Assembly: GCA_001767835.1 (NCBI GenBank)
Contig: MEMA01000052.1
Span: 5,753 to 69,752, forward strand
DNA from: Alphaproteobacteria bacterium GWC2_42_16
GTDB lineage: Bacteria > Pseudomonadota > Alphaproteobacteria > UBA9655
Length of the DNA: 64,000 bases
Direction: 5' to 3'
Numbering within the stretch: position 1 is the stretch's first letter; each line of letters begins with the position of its first letter. Both the position numbers and the translations under genes were made by a program. Shown here piece by piece: positions 46,983-59,622 of this stretch. The notes beneath the pieces are model-generated. The model saw nothing but the letters and a program-made list of their open reading frames with translations. It searched no databases and was not told where the DNA came from.

Positions 46983-47378
46983 TCATTTGTTTTCTGTGAC
47001 TTTACACGAGTTTATATCTAAATTACAAACTATATCGTAATGACTCGTGGTATTGTATGTATATAATGAGCCTTTTGTCCCTGTAATTGTTAGGGGGAGT
47101 TGATGTTCTTGCATCGTTGTACAATCATATGCTAGTATTTCAAGTTGAATCGTTGATCCCTTAGAAGATAAATTTAAGGTCTGATTCTCTCCGAGTTTGA
47201 GGGAACCACACGGTTTTGAAGTTTCGATTGTTTCAGAAGTAGACAGAGAGTGCATTTTAAATTGAAATAAGTGGGCAGTACCTTTTGTTATAAAATTAAC
47301 ATCTCCCGGCGCTTGTCCAGACATCGCCGGTGTCCCAAGGAACAGTAATGCGATTAAAGCTATTCTATTAAAGTTCAT
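46983..47378 (-). CDS. Hypothetical secreted protein
   Basis: Signal peptide MNFNRIALIALLFLGTPAMSG. AT-rich, with no recognisable family. Confidence 0.45.
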   Translation of the reverse strand: MNFNRIALIALLFLGTPAMSGQAPGDVNFITKGTAHLFQFKMHSLSTSETIETSKPCGSLKLGENQTLNLSSKGSTIQLEILAYDCTTMQEHQLPLTITGTKGSLYTYNTTSHYDIVCNLDINSCKVTENK

Positions 47379-47413
47379 GATTTATTTCCTCCTTTTTTAT
47401 TGTTAAGTACTTC

Positions 47414-47830
47414 TTATTGCAATTTCTCATGCGTTAAAACCTCCATCAACTTGGCCCGGGCGACATCTAAAACTTCACCAACCTGCTCGCGTTCTTCTTT
47501 TGTTTTACTCTCTTCGATGTCTTCTAACAAGTTTTGAATTTCCATCTCCAAGGTTGACTTATCCAACGCTTCTAAGGATGTTCCTTCCGTCACAAGGGCT
47601 GTACATTTTTGAGGAGTGATTTCAGAAAACCCCCCATCCACAAAGATCCTTAAGAGAATATCGGAACCTTCATAAATCCTTACAACCCCAGGACGCAAAA
47701 CAGTTAGAAGGGGCGCATGATTGGAAAGCACCCCAATATCTCCCTCAAGGCCAGGGATGACGACCATACTCACATCTTTTTTAAAGAGGATTTTTTCTGG
47801 TGTAACAAGGGTAAAGGAAAAAATTTCCAT
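47414..47830 (-). CDS. atpC: ATP synthase F1 epsilon subunit
   Basis: Last gene of the atp cluster. Contains VVIPGLEGDIGVLSNHAPLLT. Confidence 0.88.
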   Translation of the reverse strand: MEIFSFTLVTPEKILFKKDVSMVVIPGLEGDIGVLSNHAPLLTVLRPGVVRIYEGSDILLRIFVDGGFSEITPQKCTALVTEGTSLEALDKSTLEMEIQNLLEDIEESKTKEEREQVGEVLDVARAKLMEVLTHEKLQ

Positions 47831-47834
47831 AACC

Positions 47835-50163
<2,329 letters not shown>

Positions 50164-50164
<1 letters not shown>

Positions 50165-51693
50165 CAGGTAAAGATTTTCACAAAGTTCTTAAAAAAAGCA
50201 TGGAGATTTTCTTCTGTTTTCTCGGATAGGGCTTTCTCTTTTCGAATAGATTCCACAAGTTTTGGCTGCTCATGATGAATGGCACCGAGGGCGGCTTGTT
50301 CAAAGCGGCTCACATCATGAACAGGCAACTCATCAAGATACCCTTTAACTCCCGCAAAAATACTAATTACTTGGTCTTCGACAGGCATGGGAGAGTACTG
50401 AGATTGTTTCAAAAGCTCCGTTAAGCGGCTTCCACGGTTCAAAAGTTTTTGCGTAGCCACATCGAGATCGGAAGCAAACTGAGCAAAGGCAGCCATTTCA
50501 CGATATTGAGCAAGCTCGAGCTTAATAGAGCCTGCAACTTGCTTCATAGCCTTAATTTGAGCGGCTGAACCCACGCGGCTTACGGAAAGGCCTACGTTAA
50601 TGGCGGGGCGAATGCCCTTATAGAACAGATCCGTCTCAAGAAAAATTTGCCCATCTGTGATGGAAATCACGTTAGTCGGGATATAAGCGGATACATCTCC
50701 TGCCTGGGTTTCAACGATGGGAAGAGCGGTCAACGACCCTCCACCTTTTTCATCATTCAACTTTGCGGCCCGCTCTAAAAGACGAGAATGGAGGTAGAAA
50801 ACATCCCCTGGATAGGCTTCACGTCCCGGCGGACGGCGGAGTAAAAGAGACATTTGACGGTAGGCTACGGCTTGCTTGGACAAGTCATCGTATACAATCA
50901 AAGCATGGGCGGCGTGATCCCTAAAATATTCGCCCATAGCACAGCCCGCATAAGGAGACAAAAACTGCATGGGCGCAGGATCTGAAGCCGTGGCCGCCAC
51001 CACAATGGAATAATCCATGGCCCCACGTTCTTCAAGAGCTTTTACGAGCTGCGCCACCGTTGAGCGTTTCTGGCCAATGGCCACATACACACAGTAAAGC
51101 TTTTGGAATTCATCATCTCCTTCATTAGTTTGTCGTTGATTTAAGATTGCATCAATGGCTACTGCGGTTTTTCCTGTTTGCCGGTCCCCAATAATCAGCT
51201 CACGTTGACCACGTCCAATGGGAACCAAAGAATCCACAGCCTTAAGCCCTGTTTGCATGGGCTCATAAACAGAACGGCGCGCAATTATCCCTGGCGCTTT
51301 CACATCAACACGGGCTTTTTTGACATCCTTAAGAGGGCCTTTTCCATCAATAGGGTTGCCGAGTGCATCTACCACACGCCCTAAAAGGCCCCGTCCAACG
51401 GGAACCTCCACAATGTGCCCTGTGCGTTTAACTGTATCCCCTTCGCGAATTTCCCGATCATCGCCAAAAATAACGATTCCTACGTCCCCCTCTTCAAGGT
51501 TAAGGGCCATCCCACGAATGCCGCATGAAAACTCCACCATCTCACCTGCTTGAACCTTATCAAGACCCCAAGCACGCGCAATACCGTCCCCAACTGAAAT
51601 GACTTGCCCCACCTCGGCGATTTCGATCGTTTTATCAAAATTGGCAATTTCTTGTTTTAAGATTGATGAAATCTCTACAGCTCGTAATTCCAT
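50164..51693 (-). CDS. atpA: ATP synthase F1 alpha subunit
   Basis: [10 protein letters not shown]-loop; 509 aa. Confidence 0.95.
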
Positions 51694-51696
51694 CTT

Positions 51697-52257
51697 TTAC
51701 CCTTTCATTTGAAGACGCAATCGATTTAACTGCGCCCTTAAGGACGCATCAATCATTAAGGAGCCCAAGCGCAAAACAACCCCTGCAATTAACTCTTCCT
51801 TAATCACTTGGGTTAAGGAGATTTTTTTCCCAAGGTGTGCTTCCAGGCTTTTCTCAAGATCTTGCTGTTCTTTTTGCGTGAGTTTTTGCGAAGTTTCAAG
51901 TACTCCCTTTAGTAATCCCTCCTCAATCTGGGAACGAAGAAACACATTCTCCAAGATGATTCTTAAATTGGAAAGACGCCGGTTTTTGCATAACACCAGA
52001 AGGAAATGAGACATTAAAGGGCTTAGCTTTAAGACTGAGGCCACGTTTTGAATAATCTTCTGCTGAAGTTGAATGGAAAGCATAGGATTTATAATGCGTA
52101 CCCATGCACGGGAATCTTTTTCAAGTAATTTTTGCAAAAGGATAATTTCCTTCAAAGTTGCTTTTACTTGCTTTTTTTCTTGAGCCAAATCAAAGAGCAC
52201 GCCACCATAACGTTTTGCAATTTTATAGCCTTCGACCTCTAAATTTGCCACAAACAA
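51697..52257 (-). CDS. atpH: ATP synthase F1 delta (OSCP) subunit
   Basis: First gene of the atpHAGDC cluster. About 186 aa, with IAKRYGGVLFDLA. Confidence 0.85.
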   Translation of the reverse strand: MFVANLEVEGYKIAKRYGGVLFDLAQEKKQVKATLKEIILLQKLLEKDSRAWVRIINPMLSIQLQQKIIQNVASVLKLSPLMSHFLLVLCKNRRLSNLRIILENVFLRSQIEEGLLKGVLETSQKLTQKEQQDLEKSLEAHLGKKISLTQVIKEELIAGVVLRLGSLMIDASLRAQLNRLRLQMKG

Positions 52258-52348
52258 AACTCCGTGGTTTCTATATTATTGTTATTGGTTTACCACACAG
52301 AATACGGCCTGACAACATGGAGTTGCCCATATCTTATGCTCAAAGCAT

Positions 52349-52448
52349 TTCAAGTTTCCGGACAGGCGCCCGAGCGGCGAGCTCGATGAGCGTAGTCATC
52401 TACGTGACAGAGAGCGAGTCCCGAAGGGCAACGCATCCGGAACTTGAA
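52349..52448. other. GC-rich 100-nt structured element: 13-bp closing stem enclosing three short hairpins. Function and strand unknown.
   Basis: Closing stem: ttcaagtttccgga (52349-52362) pairs with tccggaacttgaa (52436-48), leaving one bulged T. Inner hairpins are cgagc-ggcga-gctcg (52371-85), cgtag-tcat-ctacg (52391-404) and ccc-gaa-ggg (52420-28). Confidence 0.4.
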
Positions 52449-52501
52449 AGGCGAAGAGTATATTTACATTTTTTTTAGTTTGAGTATGGTGGAGAAATTA
52501 A

Positions 52502-52578
52502 GCGCCCTTAGCTCAGTTGGATAGAGCGTCGGCCTTCTAAGCCGCAGGTCGCAGGTTCGAATCCTGCAGGGCGCGCCA
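52502..52578 (+). tRNA. tRNA-Arg (anticodon TCT)
   Basis: Hand-folded cloverleaf: gcgccct / agggcgc acceptor stem, anticodon loop cTTCTaa, gcagg-ttcgaat-cctgc T-arm, and an encoded CCA. Confidence 0.9.
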
Positions 52579-52605
52579 ACTTTTTTGAAGGTCCATAAGG
52601 AAGAG

Positions 52606-54123
52606 CTATGTAGCTTGTGGGGGCTCGGTTTTTTCTTGGTATAATTTAGAAAGCCCTTTCACAGCCCCCATCCATATCAGCATAATAAAAATAAGGACCC
52701 CACTTAAGTAAGGCATAATCGTCATTTGCGTGCCTGCAGTTAGTATCAAAAGGAAGATTTGAATAATCCCCCCACTTGATTTTCCAAAACGGCTGAAAAT
52801 CACATCTACAGCAGCCTTGCCCTTCACTTTGAGCTCTTGGTCAAGGGGGATGTAGGTCATTTCCTTTGTTGGATCGAAAAGAGAGTATTTCATACTCTTA
52901 CCTAGAATATTCTGAATAGCTCCGACATAAACGGCCATTAAAAGAGAAGTGACCCCAAAAAGAAGAAGGAGCCCTTCGAGGTAATCTTTAAAAAGAATGA
53001 AGGAGAAGAAGAGGATCGTTGTGATGAGAAAAACAGAAGGGGTCACCATAGCGCCAACAAACCAACCAAAACGCCGAACAATTCCCTTTGTTAAAAGAAT
53101 AAAAATGACAGTCGAAATGCCGGTCCAAAATGAGAAATTTGCCATAAATGAAAAATAATCATTAGGTTCTGGGAAGTTCTCTTTCACTTGGCTTTTCCAG
53201 GTGACATCGATGATGTTGGCCGTGATGCCATAACTGATCACAAGAAGGGCGATAAAGCCTAAGTATTTTGATGTCAAAAGGTACCGGAGACTCTCTGAGA
53301 GGGAGAGTTTCGGGGTCAGATTTTCTTTTTTATTGCCAACACGAGCAGCAGCATCGTAATAGCGAGGATCTGTTAACACATAACGATCCATCCATTTGTA
53401 AAGTAAAAGGACTCCTATTCCAGAAACAATAACAGCCGTGATTAAATAAAGGATGTTTAAAGCCCAAGCTTCCGATTGAGATGAAAGTTGTTTGTTTAAA
53501 TTTACTAGATACTGCCCAAAGGTCCCGGCTGAAATAAGAGCAAAGTTCCCCAGGAACCCAAAAAAAGAATAAAAGCGCTTGGCCTCATTGGTGCGTGTAA
53601 TTTCATTTGCAAACTGCCAAAAAAGTAAATTAACAACGATGCTCCCATAAAGGTCGGAGAAAAGATAAAAAAGAGCAAAGGACCAAATACCATAAAGGGA
53701 AATAAACCATTTTAAATGAGGGCATGTCTCTCTTAAAATAAAGATGGTTTCTTCGGATGGGTGCAAGAACTCTCGATTGGGATAAATATAAAGAGCAAAA
53801 GCAGCAAAGAAAAGAAGGTAGGGGATCAAGCAAGCATAAAAAAGGTGCGCCCGACCTAACACGTTGCTTAACTTTGCATAAAGAAAGAAAAAAAGAAAAG
53901 CGATGGGTACGTCCCAAAGCTTGATAAAAGAAATGACCTCAGCACCGCAAGACGGTGCTGTGATCACAAGTGCATCCTTTGTATTCCGCAGAAGTGTATA
54001 ACTAAAGAGAACTAAAAACATCATCCCTCCCATGGGTAGAAATTTTTTTAGTTCACTGTTTTGAATTGGCCAAAGGGCTGCGCGAAACTTAGAAAACTCC
54101 GGACCTGCAGAGGAGTCAGACAT
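52606..54123 (-). CDS. tlc: ATP/ADP translocase (Tlc/NTT nucleotide transporter family)
   Basis: Characteristic N-terminus (FSKFRAALWPIQNSELKKFLPMGGMMFLVLFSYTLLRNTKDALV). About 12 TM helices; 505 aa. Confidence 0.88.
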   Translation of the reverse strand: MSDSSAGPEFSKFRAALWPIQNSELKKFLPMGGMMFLVLFSYTLLRNTKDALVITAPSCGAEVISFIKLWDVPIAFLFFFLYAKLSNVLGRAHLFYACLIPYLLFFAAFALYIYPNREFLHPSEETIFILRETCPHLKWFISLYGIWSFALFYLFSDLYGSIVVNLLFWQFANEITRTNEAKRFYSFFGFLGNFALISAGTFGQYLVNLNKQLSSQSEAWALNILYLITAVIVSGIGVLLLYKWMDRYVLTDPRYYDAAARVGNKKENLTPKLSLSESLRYLLTSKYLGFIALLVISYGITANIIDVTWKSQVKENFPEPNDYFSFMANFSFWTGISTVIFILLTKGIVRRFGWFVGAMVTPSVFLITTILFFSFILFKDYLEGLLLLFGVTSLLMAVYVGAIQNILGKSMKYSLFDPTKEMTYIPLDQELKVKGKAAVDVIFSRFGKSSGGIIQIFLLILTAGTQMTIMPYLSGVLIFIMLIWMGAVKGLSKLYQEKTEPPQAT

Positions 54124-54141
54124 TCATTTTATCCCTAATTC

Positions 54142-54219
<78 letters not shown>

Positions 54220-54335
54220 AACACAATTCATATACCCCAACTCGTTTTAGGGGGCAAGAATTTTGACAAGGAAGTTACTATTTTCTAAGAAGAAAGAATC
54301 AATCATTCATAGGTACGCTTACGCCTTGCTTAGGC

Positions 54336-54752
54336 TTAGGGAAGAGAAGATAGAACACAATCCCTTGTTATCCCTAATTTTTTAATGGTACCGGCTTTAA
54401 TTTCAAGAACTTGAGCTGTATTTGCAACTGGTCCTATCGTTTTTGTAGAAAAGGGAGTTGTATTTTCGTGGATGGCTAGAATTTCACCCTTTGAATTTGC
54501 GAAAATCATATCCAAAGAGAGGGGCGTGTCTTTCATCCACATCCCCACCTTTTGAGCCGCTGGGAAGAGAAAAAGCATCCCCCCATCATCTGCCAAATCC
54601 GCGCGAAACATAAGCCCCTTGTCCCTCTCTTGAGATGTCTGGGCCACTTCAACCTCTAGGAAAATAGTTCCATGCGAACAAGTGAGGGTTAGGGGAGTTG
54701 CTTGAAGAGCTAGGGGAGTAAAAAAACCAAGGATCAAGCAAATACGTTTCAT
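54336..54752 (-). CDS. DUF192 domain-containing secreted protein
   Basis: Signal peptide followed by GLMFRADLADDGGMLFLF...MWMKDTPLSLDMIF. Confidence 0.75.
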   Translation of the reverse strand: MKRICLILGFFTPLALQATPLTLTCSHGTIFLEVEVAQTSQERDKGLMFRADLADDGGMLFLFPAAQKVGMWMKDTPLSLDMIFANSKGEILAIHENTTPFSTKTIGPVANTAQVLEIKAGTIKKLGITRDCVLSSLP

Positions 54753-55248
54753 AAGGCAGACCTATGCATAAAAAATCTCATCTGAAGAGGCTAATCCAGA
54801 TTAAACGCGCGTTCAACAGCAGATAATAGTTGAATAAAAGTGCCTTTTGATGTGATGTTTTTTTGCAACACGCAAGAAATAAGTTGTGCCGGGAGAAAAA
54901 GCAGGGTATGGTAAAGATAATAAAGTTTCTTTTTGGTGTCTAGAGATCGTTTGCGGGCAAACTAAAAATGAGAAAAGCCCTCAGTTAGAGAGACATCAAA
55001 AAAATTTTTAACGTTAACGCAAGATGAAGCCGATGATAGGTTCGATTTTAAAAATGGATGGACATGCTAGGTCAAACAAAGAGATGAAGACATCGAAAGA
55101 TAAAAGACCCTTTATATCTCTCCTGGCGAGATTTCTGTTTTCTCTCCCCTTAATTAAGTTTAAGAGGCGATTAGAGAGTTAATCGAACATCCCGGTTTCC
55201 AATTGCCAATAAATGTCCTTCTATGAGGACAAGAAATGGAGTTGGACC

Positions 55249-57336
55249 ATGGGTAAAAGAATGTTAATTGATGCGACTCATTCTGAAGAGTCACGCGTCG
55301 CTATTTTAAGTCAAGATCGACTTGAAGAATTTGATTTTGAAACCACCACAAAAAAACAGCTCAAGGGGAATGTCTATTTAGCGAAGATCATTCGCATAGA
55401 GCCATCACTTCAAGCAGCTTTCGTTGAATTTGGAGGCAATCGTCACGGTTTTCTTGCCTTCAATGAAATTCACCCCCATTACTACCGCGTTCCAGTTGAA
55501 GATCAGCAAGCAATTCTTAATCAACAAAAAGAAACTGCTGAACAGGCCGAGGAGGTTGTTGAAGAGTCTCTCAGAGACAGCGAAGTAGAAACCATGGGTG
55601 GAGAAGACGTTGAAGAAATCCAAGAACACCCTCAGCGACGGCGTTCTCCACGTCAATATAAAATTCAAGAAGTTATTAAGAGACGACAAGTCGTGCTTGT
55701 TCAGGTTGTCAAAGAAGAAAGAGGAGGCAAGGGCGCAGCTCTTACCACTTATCTTTCCCTCCCTGGACGTTACTGCGTCCTTATGCCAAACGCCGAAAGG
55801 GGCGGCGGCATTTCCCGTAAAATTACCAATATAGCCGACCGAAAGCGGTTACGAGAAATCATTGAATCTATTAAACTGCCAGAGAATATGTCCCTCATCA
55901 TCCGCACCGCCGGAATGGCGCGGAACAAAGTTGAGATCAAACGGGATTGCGATTACCTTATCCGCCTTTGGAACGACATTCGCGAAAAGACACTTCATTC
56001 TATTGCTCCCAGCCTGATTTATGAAGAGGGAAATCTAATCAAGCGAGCACTTCGTGATTATTATACCCGCGACATTGATGAAGTTATCATTGAAGGAGAT
56101 GAGGGTTATAAGGAAGCAAAAGTCTTTATTCGAAAATTGATGCCCAGTCATACCAAGAAAATAATTGAATATAAGGACGAAAAAATACCTCTTTTTAATC
56201 GCTATGGGGCGGAAAAGCAAATTGATGCCATGCACAGCCCTATTGTCCATTTAAAAGCAGGAGGATACATTGTATTTGGCACAACAGAAGCTTTGGTTGC
56301 TATTGACGTAAACTCAGGGCGGGCCACGCGTGAACGCCACATTGAAGAAACAGCTTTTAAAACCAATCTTGAAGCGGCAGAAGAAATCGCACGTCAGCTG
56401 CGCCTCCGCGACCTAGCAGGGCTTGTTGTTATTGACTTTATTGATATGGAAGAACCTCGAAATATCGAAGCTGTGGAACGCCGTTTAAAGGACGCTATGC
56501 GCCATGACCGAGCCCGCGTTCAGGTGGGAAAAATCAGCCCCTTTGGACTTTTGGAGTTGTCCCGCCAACGTTTAAGACCCAACATTATTGAGTCAACAAG
56601 TATTCCTTGTACAGCCTGTCATGGAAGCGGCATGATTCGCTCCGTTGAATCTTCATCTCTCCATATTTTACGGGCCATCGAGGAAGAGGCTCTTCAACAG
56701 AAAGCAAGTTCTCTTGTTGTCCATATCCCCACGCCAATCACTCTTTATCTTTTGAATCAAAAGAAAAAGGTCCTCCAAGAACTTGAAAACAAATGGAATA
56801 TTTCAATCAAATTTTCACAGGACGACTCTCTGACTCCTCCAGACTATCGTCTTGAGTGCATACCACTCCGCAAGGAAGGCCACGTGATAGAGAAGCAAAA
56901 GGAAGAGAGAGGAACGGAAATACACCATCCACCAAAAGAAACTCGGAAGGCTATGCCCGCAAGGCAGCACGGACGTAAAGGCCCTCCCAAGTCTCTTCAC
57001 TTAAAGGAAGAGGAAGCTCGTGTTCCAGAAGTCAGCTCTTCAGAACCCCAAGCTAGCCCAGCTGATAGACAAGTCACGAGCGCACCTCAACGCAGACGCT
57101 TTCGCAAATACGATCGCCACCATAGGTCAAAACAGTCGACTAATGTGAGCGCTGCTGAGACTCCGTCTTCTGCTTCTCAGGACCAAAAGGAAAACCCAGC
57201 TCTTCCTGTAAAAAGAGACCCCTCTGATCCAAAGAACGCCAAAAAGAATGAATCTGCTAATATAAACGTTACAGCAAACTCTCATACGAAAACAACTTCC
57301 AGCCGCAAAGGGTGGTGGCAAAAACTTTTAGATTAA
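55249..57336 (+). CDS. rne: Ribonuclease E
   Basis: MGKRMLIDATHSEESRVAIL N-terminus, S1 domain, ALVAIDVNSG, CxxCxG Zn-link (CTACHGSG), and a basic disordered C-terminus. The start was moved to ATG 55249, which has a ggag RBS. Confidence 0.9.
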   Translation: MGKRMLIDATHSEESRVAILSQDRLEEFDFETTTKKQLKGNVYLAKIIRIEPSLQAAFVEFGGNRHGFLAFNEIHPHYYRVPVEDQQAILNQQKETAEQAEEVVEESLRDSEVETMGGEDVEEIQEHPQRRRSPRQYKIQEVIKRRQVVLVQVVKEERGGKGAALTTYLSLPGRYCVLMPNAERGGGISRKITNIADRKRLREIIESIKLPENMSLIIRTAGMARNKVEIKRDCDYLIRLWNDIREKTLHSIAPSLIYEEGNLIKRALRDYYTRDIDEVIIEGDEGYKEAKVFIRKLMPSHTKKIIEYKDEKIPLFNRYGAEKQIDAMHSPIVHLKAGGYIVFGTTEALVAIDVNSGRATRERHIEETAFKTNLEAAEEIARQLRLRDLAGLVVIDFIDMEEPRNIEAVERRLKDAMRHDRARVQVGKISPFGLLELSRQRLRPNIIESTSIPCTACHGSGMIRSVESSSLHILRAIEEEALQQKASSLVVHIPTPITLYLLNQKKKVLQELENKWNISIKFSQDDSLTPPDYRLECIPLRKEGHVIEKQKEERGTEIHHPPKETRKAMPARQHGRKGPPKSLHLKEEEARVPEVSSSEPQASPADRQVTSAPQRRRFRKYDRHHRSKQSTNVSAAETPSSASQDQKENPALPVKRDPSDPKNAKKNESANINVTANSHTKTTSSRKGWWQKLLD

Positions 57337-57357
57337 AGGCATAGAACATCCCAATTC

Positions 57358-59439
57358 TTATCTTGCTAGGACAGCAAGAAGCAAGAGTGCTACGATGTTA
57401 ATGATTTTGATCATAGGGTTTACCGCAGGCCCTGCTGTGTCTTTGTAAGGATCACCAACCGTATCCCCTGTTACGGCAGCCTTATGAGTTTCAGAGCCCT
57501 TTCCACCAAGATTGCCCTCTTCAATGTATTTCTTGGCATTATCCCAAGCTCCTCCTCCGGAGGTCATAGAAATTGCAACGAAAAGCCCTGTGATAATGGT
57601 TCCTAATAACATGGCTCCTAAAGTAGTAAAGGCTTCGGCTTGGCCTGCAAGCGATGAGATCCCGAAATAAACAAGGGGTGGCGCTAAGACAGGAAGCAAG
57701 GAAGGAACAACCATCTCGCGGATTGCTGCCTTCGTTAAAATATCAACCGCACGGCCATATTCAGGCTTGTTTTTCCCGGTCATAATTCCCTTAATTTCCC
57801 GGAACTGACGACGCACTTCGACAACCACTTCGGCTCCCGCACGCCCTACAGCCATCATTCCCAAAGCGCCAAAAAGGTAAGGCAAAAGCCCCCCAATAAA
57901 AAGTCCCACAACAACGTAAGGATTTTGGAGTTGAAAGTGTATGTTTAAATAGGGAAAGAAGTTATCAAGATCTTCCGTATAAGCTGCAAACAAAACAAGA
58001 GCCGCCAAACCTGCAGAGCCTATCGCATAGCCCTTTGTTACAGCTTTGGTAGTATTCCCAACTGCATCTAAAGCGTCCGTAATCTTACGCACAGAAGCAG
58101 GCAATTCTGCCATTTCGGCAATGCCGCCGGCATTATCCGTCACCGGACCATAGGCATCAAGGGCCACAATTAATCCTGCAAGAGCAAGCATTGTGGTAGC
58201 CGCAATCCCAATCCCAAAAAGTCCAGCGTTCGTATAGGCTACTAAAATACCGCCACAAATAACGAGCACAGGCAAAGCCGTGGCTTCCATAGAAACGGCA
58301 AGCCCTTGGATGATATTGGTAGCATGCCCAGTTACCGAGGCTTGAGCTATGCTCCTAACAGGGCGGTGTCTTGTTGAAGTATAATATTCTGTGATCACTA
58401 CAAGAAGACCTGTGACCACAAGGCCTGTAAGAGCACTATAGAGGATGTTCATACCCGTAAAAATATGCCCATCGGCCATAAGAGGAAGATCTAGTCCTAT
58501 CAGACTCATGGTAACCCAAACGATGAGACCGAAAGATATGAGACTTGCCATAATCAATCCTTTGTAAAGGGCCCCCATGATGTTTTGTTTGGACCCCAAA
58601 CGGACAAAAAAGGTTCCCATGACAGATCCCACAATGCAAACAGCTCCTATCGCCAAGGGATAAACCATAAGAATTTCTTGAGCCATTCCAGAAAAGAAGA
58701 GAGCAGCCAGCTGCATGGTCGCCACAATGGTAACAACATAGGTTTCAAAAAGATCGGCCGCCATTCCTGCGCAGTCTCCAACGTTATCTCCAACGTTATC
58801 TGCAATGACGGCTGCATTTCGGGGGTCATCTTCAGGAATTCCAGCTTCAATTTTTCCAACAAGGTCTGCCCCAACATCTGCTCCCTTTGTAAAAATACCA
58901 CCACCTAGACGAGCAAAAATTGAAATAAGGGAGGCACCAAAGCTAAGAGAAAGAAGGGCTTCCATAATATAACGGGTAGATTCACCACTTTGACGAAGGA
59001 ACATATAATACAAAGTCACACCTAAGAGCCCAAGGCCAACGACAAGCATTCCAGTAATGGCGCCTGATTTGAAAGCAATATCTAAAGCAGGGACAAGGCC
59101 TGTGCGCGCCGCTTCTGTCGTACGCACATTGGCACGTATAGAAACGTTCATCCCTAGGTATCCTGCAAGTCCCGACAAACACGCCCCAGTCACGAAACCA
59201 ATTGCCGCATGTATGCCCAGAATCCATCCTAAGAAAAGGGCCACGAGGATGCCAACACTTCCGATGGTTTTATATTGCCGATTAAGGTAGGCGCTTGCCC
59301 CCTCTTGAATGGCTAAAGCAATTTCTTGCATACGAGGAGTTCCTGTGGAACAGGCAAAAACCTTACGGGCAGCGTAGGCACTATAAAGAAGAGCAAGAAC
59401 GGCTGCGGCTGCAATCATAAAAAGTATCGACATGTACAT
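57358..59439 (-). CDS. hppA: Membrane-bound H+-translocating pyrophosphatase
   Basis: [19 protein letters not shown] and [14 protein letters not shown] motifs. About 16 TM helices. Confidence 0.93.
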   Translation of the reverse strand: MYMSILFMIAAAAVLALLYSAYAARKVFACSTGTPRMQEIALAIQEGASAYLNRQYKTIGSVGILVALFLGWILGIHAAIGFVTGACLSGLAGYLGMNVSIRANVRTTEAARTGLVPALDIAFKSGAITGMLVVGLGLLGVTLYYMFLRQSGESTRYIMEALLSLSFGASLISIFARLGGGIFTKGADVGADLVGKIEAGIPEDDPRNAAVIADNVGDNVGDCAGMAADLFETYVVTIVATMQLAALFFSGMAQEILMVYPLAIGAVCIVGSVMGTFFVRLGSKQNIMGALYKGLIMASLISFGLIVWVTMSLIGLDLPLMADGHIFTGMNILYSALTGLVVTGLLVVITEYYTSTRHRPVRSIAQASVTGHATNIIQGLAVSMEATALPVLVICGGILVAYTNAGLFGIGIAATTMLALAGLIVALDAYGPVTDNAGGIAEMAELPASVRKITDALDAVGNTTKAVTKGYAIGSAGLAALVLFAAYTEDLDNFFPYLNIHFQLQNPYVVVGLFIGGLLPYLFGALGMMAVGRAGAEVVVEVRRQFREIKGIMTGKNKPEYGRAVDILTKAAIREMVVPSLLPVLAPPLVYFGISSLAGQAEAFTTLGAMLLGTIITGLFVAISMTSGGGAWDNAKKYIEEGNLGGKGSETHKAAVTGDTVGDPYKDTAGPAVNPMIKIINIVALLLLAVLAR

Positions 59440-59622
59440 CCCTTTTTAGTAGTTAAGCATAATAATTACATGAAAGGACGATGCCAGAAACTTCGCTTTT
59501 GAGCAATGGTGTTTGTTTGCCCGTGTAGAGAGTAAGCAGCCATTAATTTCTTGACAAAGTCTTAAATACTATTACATAAATATAAAAGATAGCTTCTTTT
59601 ATAGGAAAACAGGAATTCTATT

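Noticed and set aside
52349-52448. SRP (4.5S) RNA, because of gucccgaagggcaacgc resembling GUCCGGAAGGAAGCAGC.
   Set aside because: In SRP RNA the conserved tetraloop motif sits at the apex of the long hairpin. Here the apex of the long-range pairing is a different sequence (tcat), and the AGCA/GGAA loop motifs are not reproduced.
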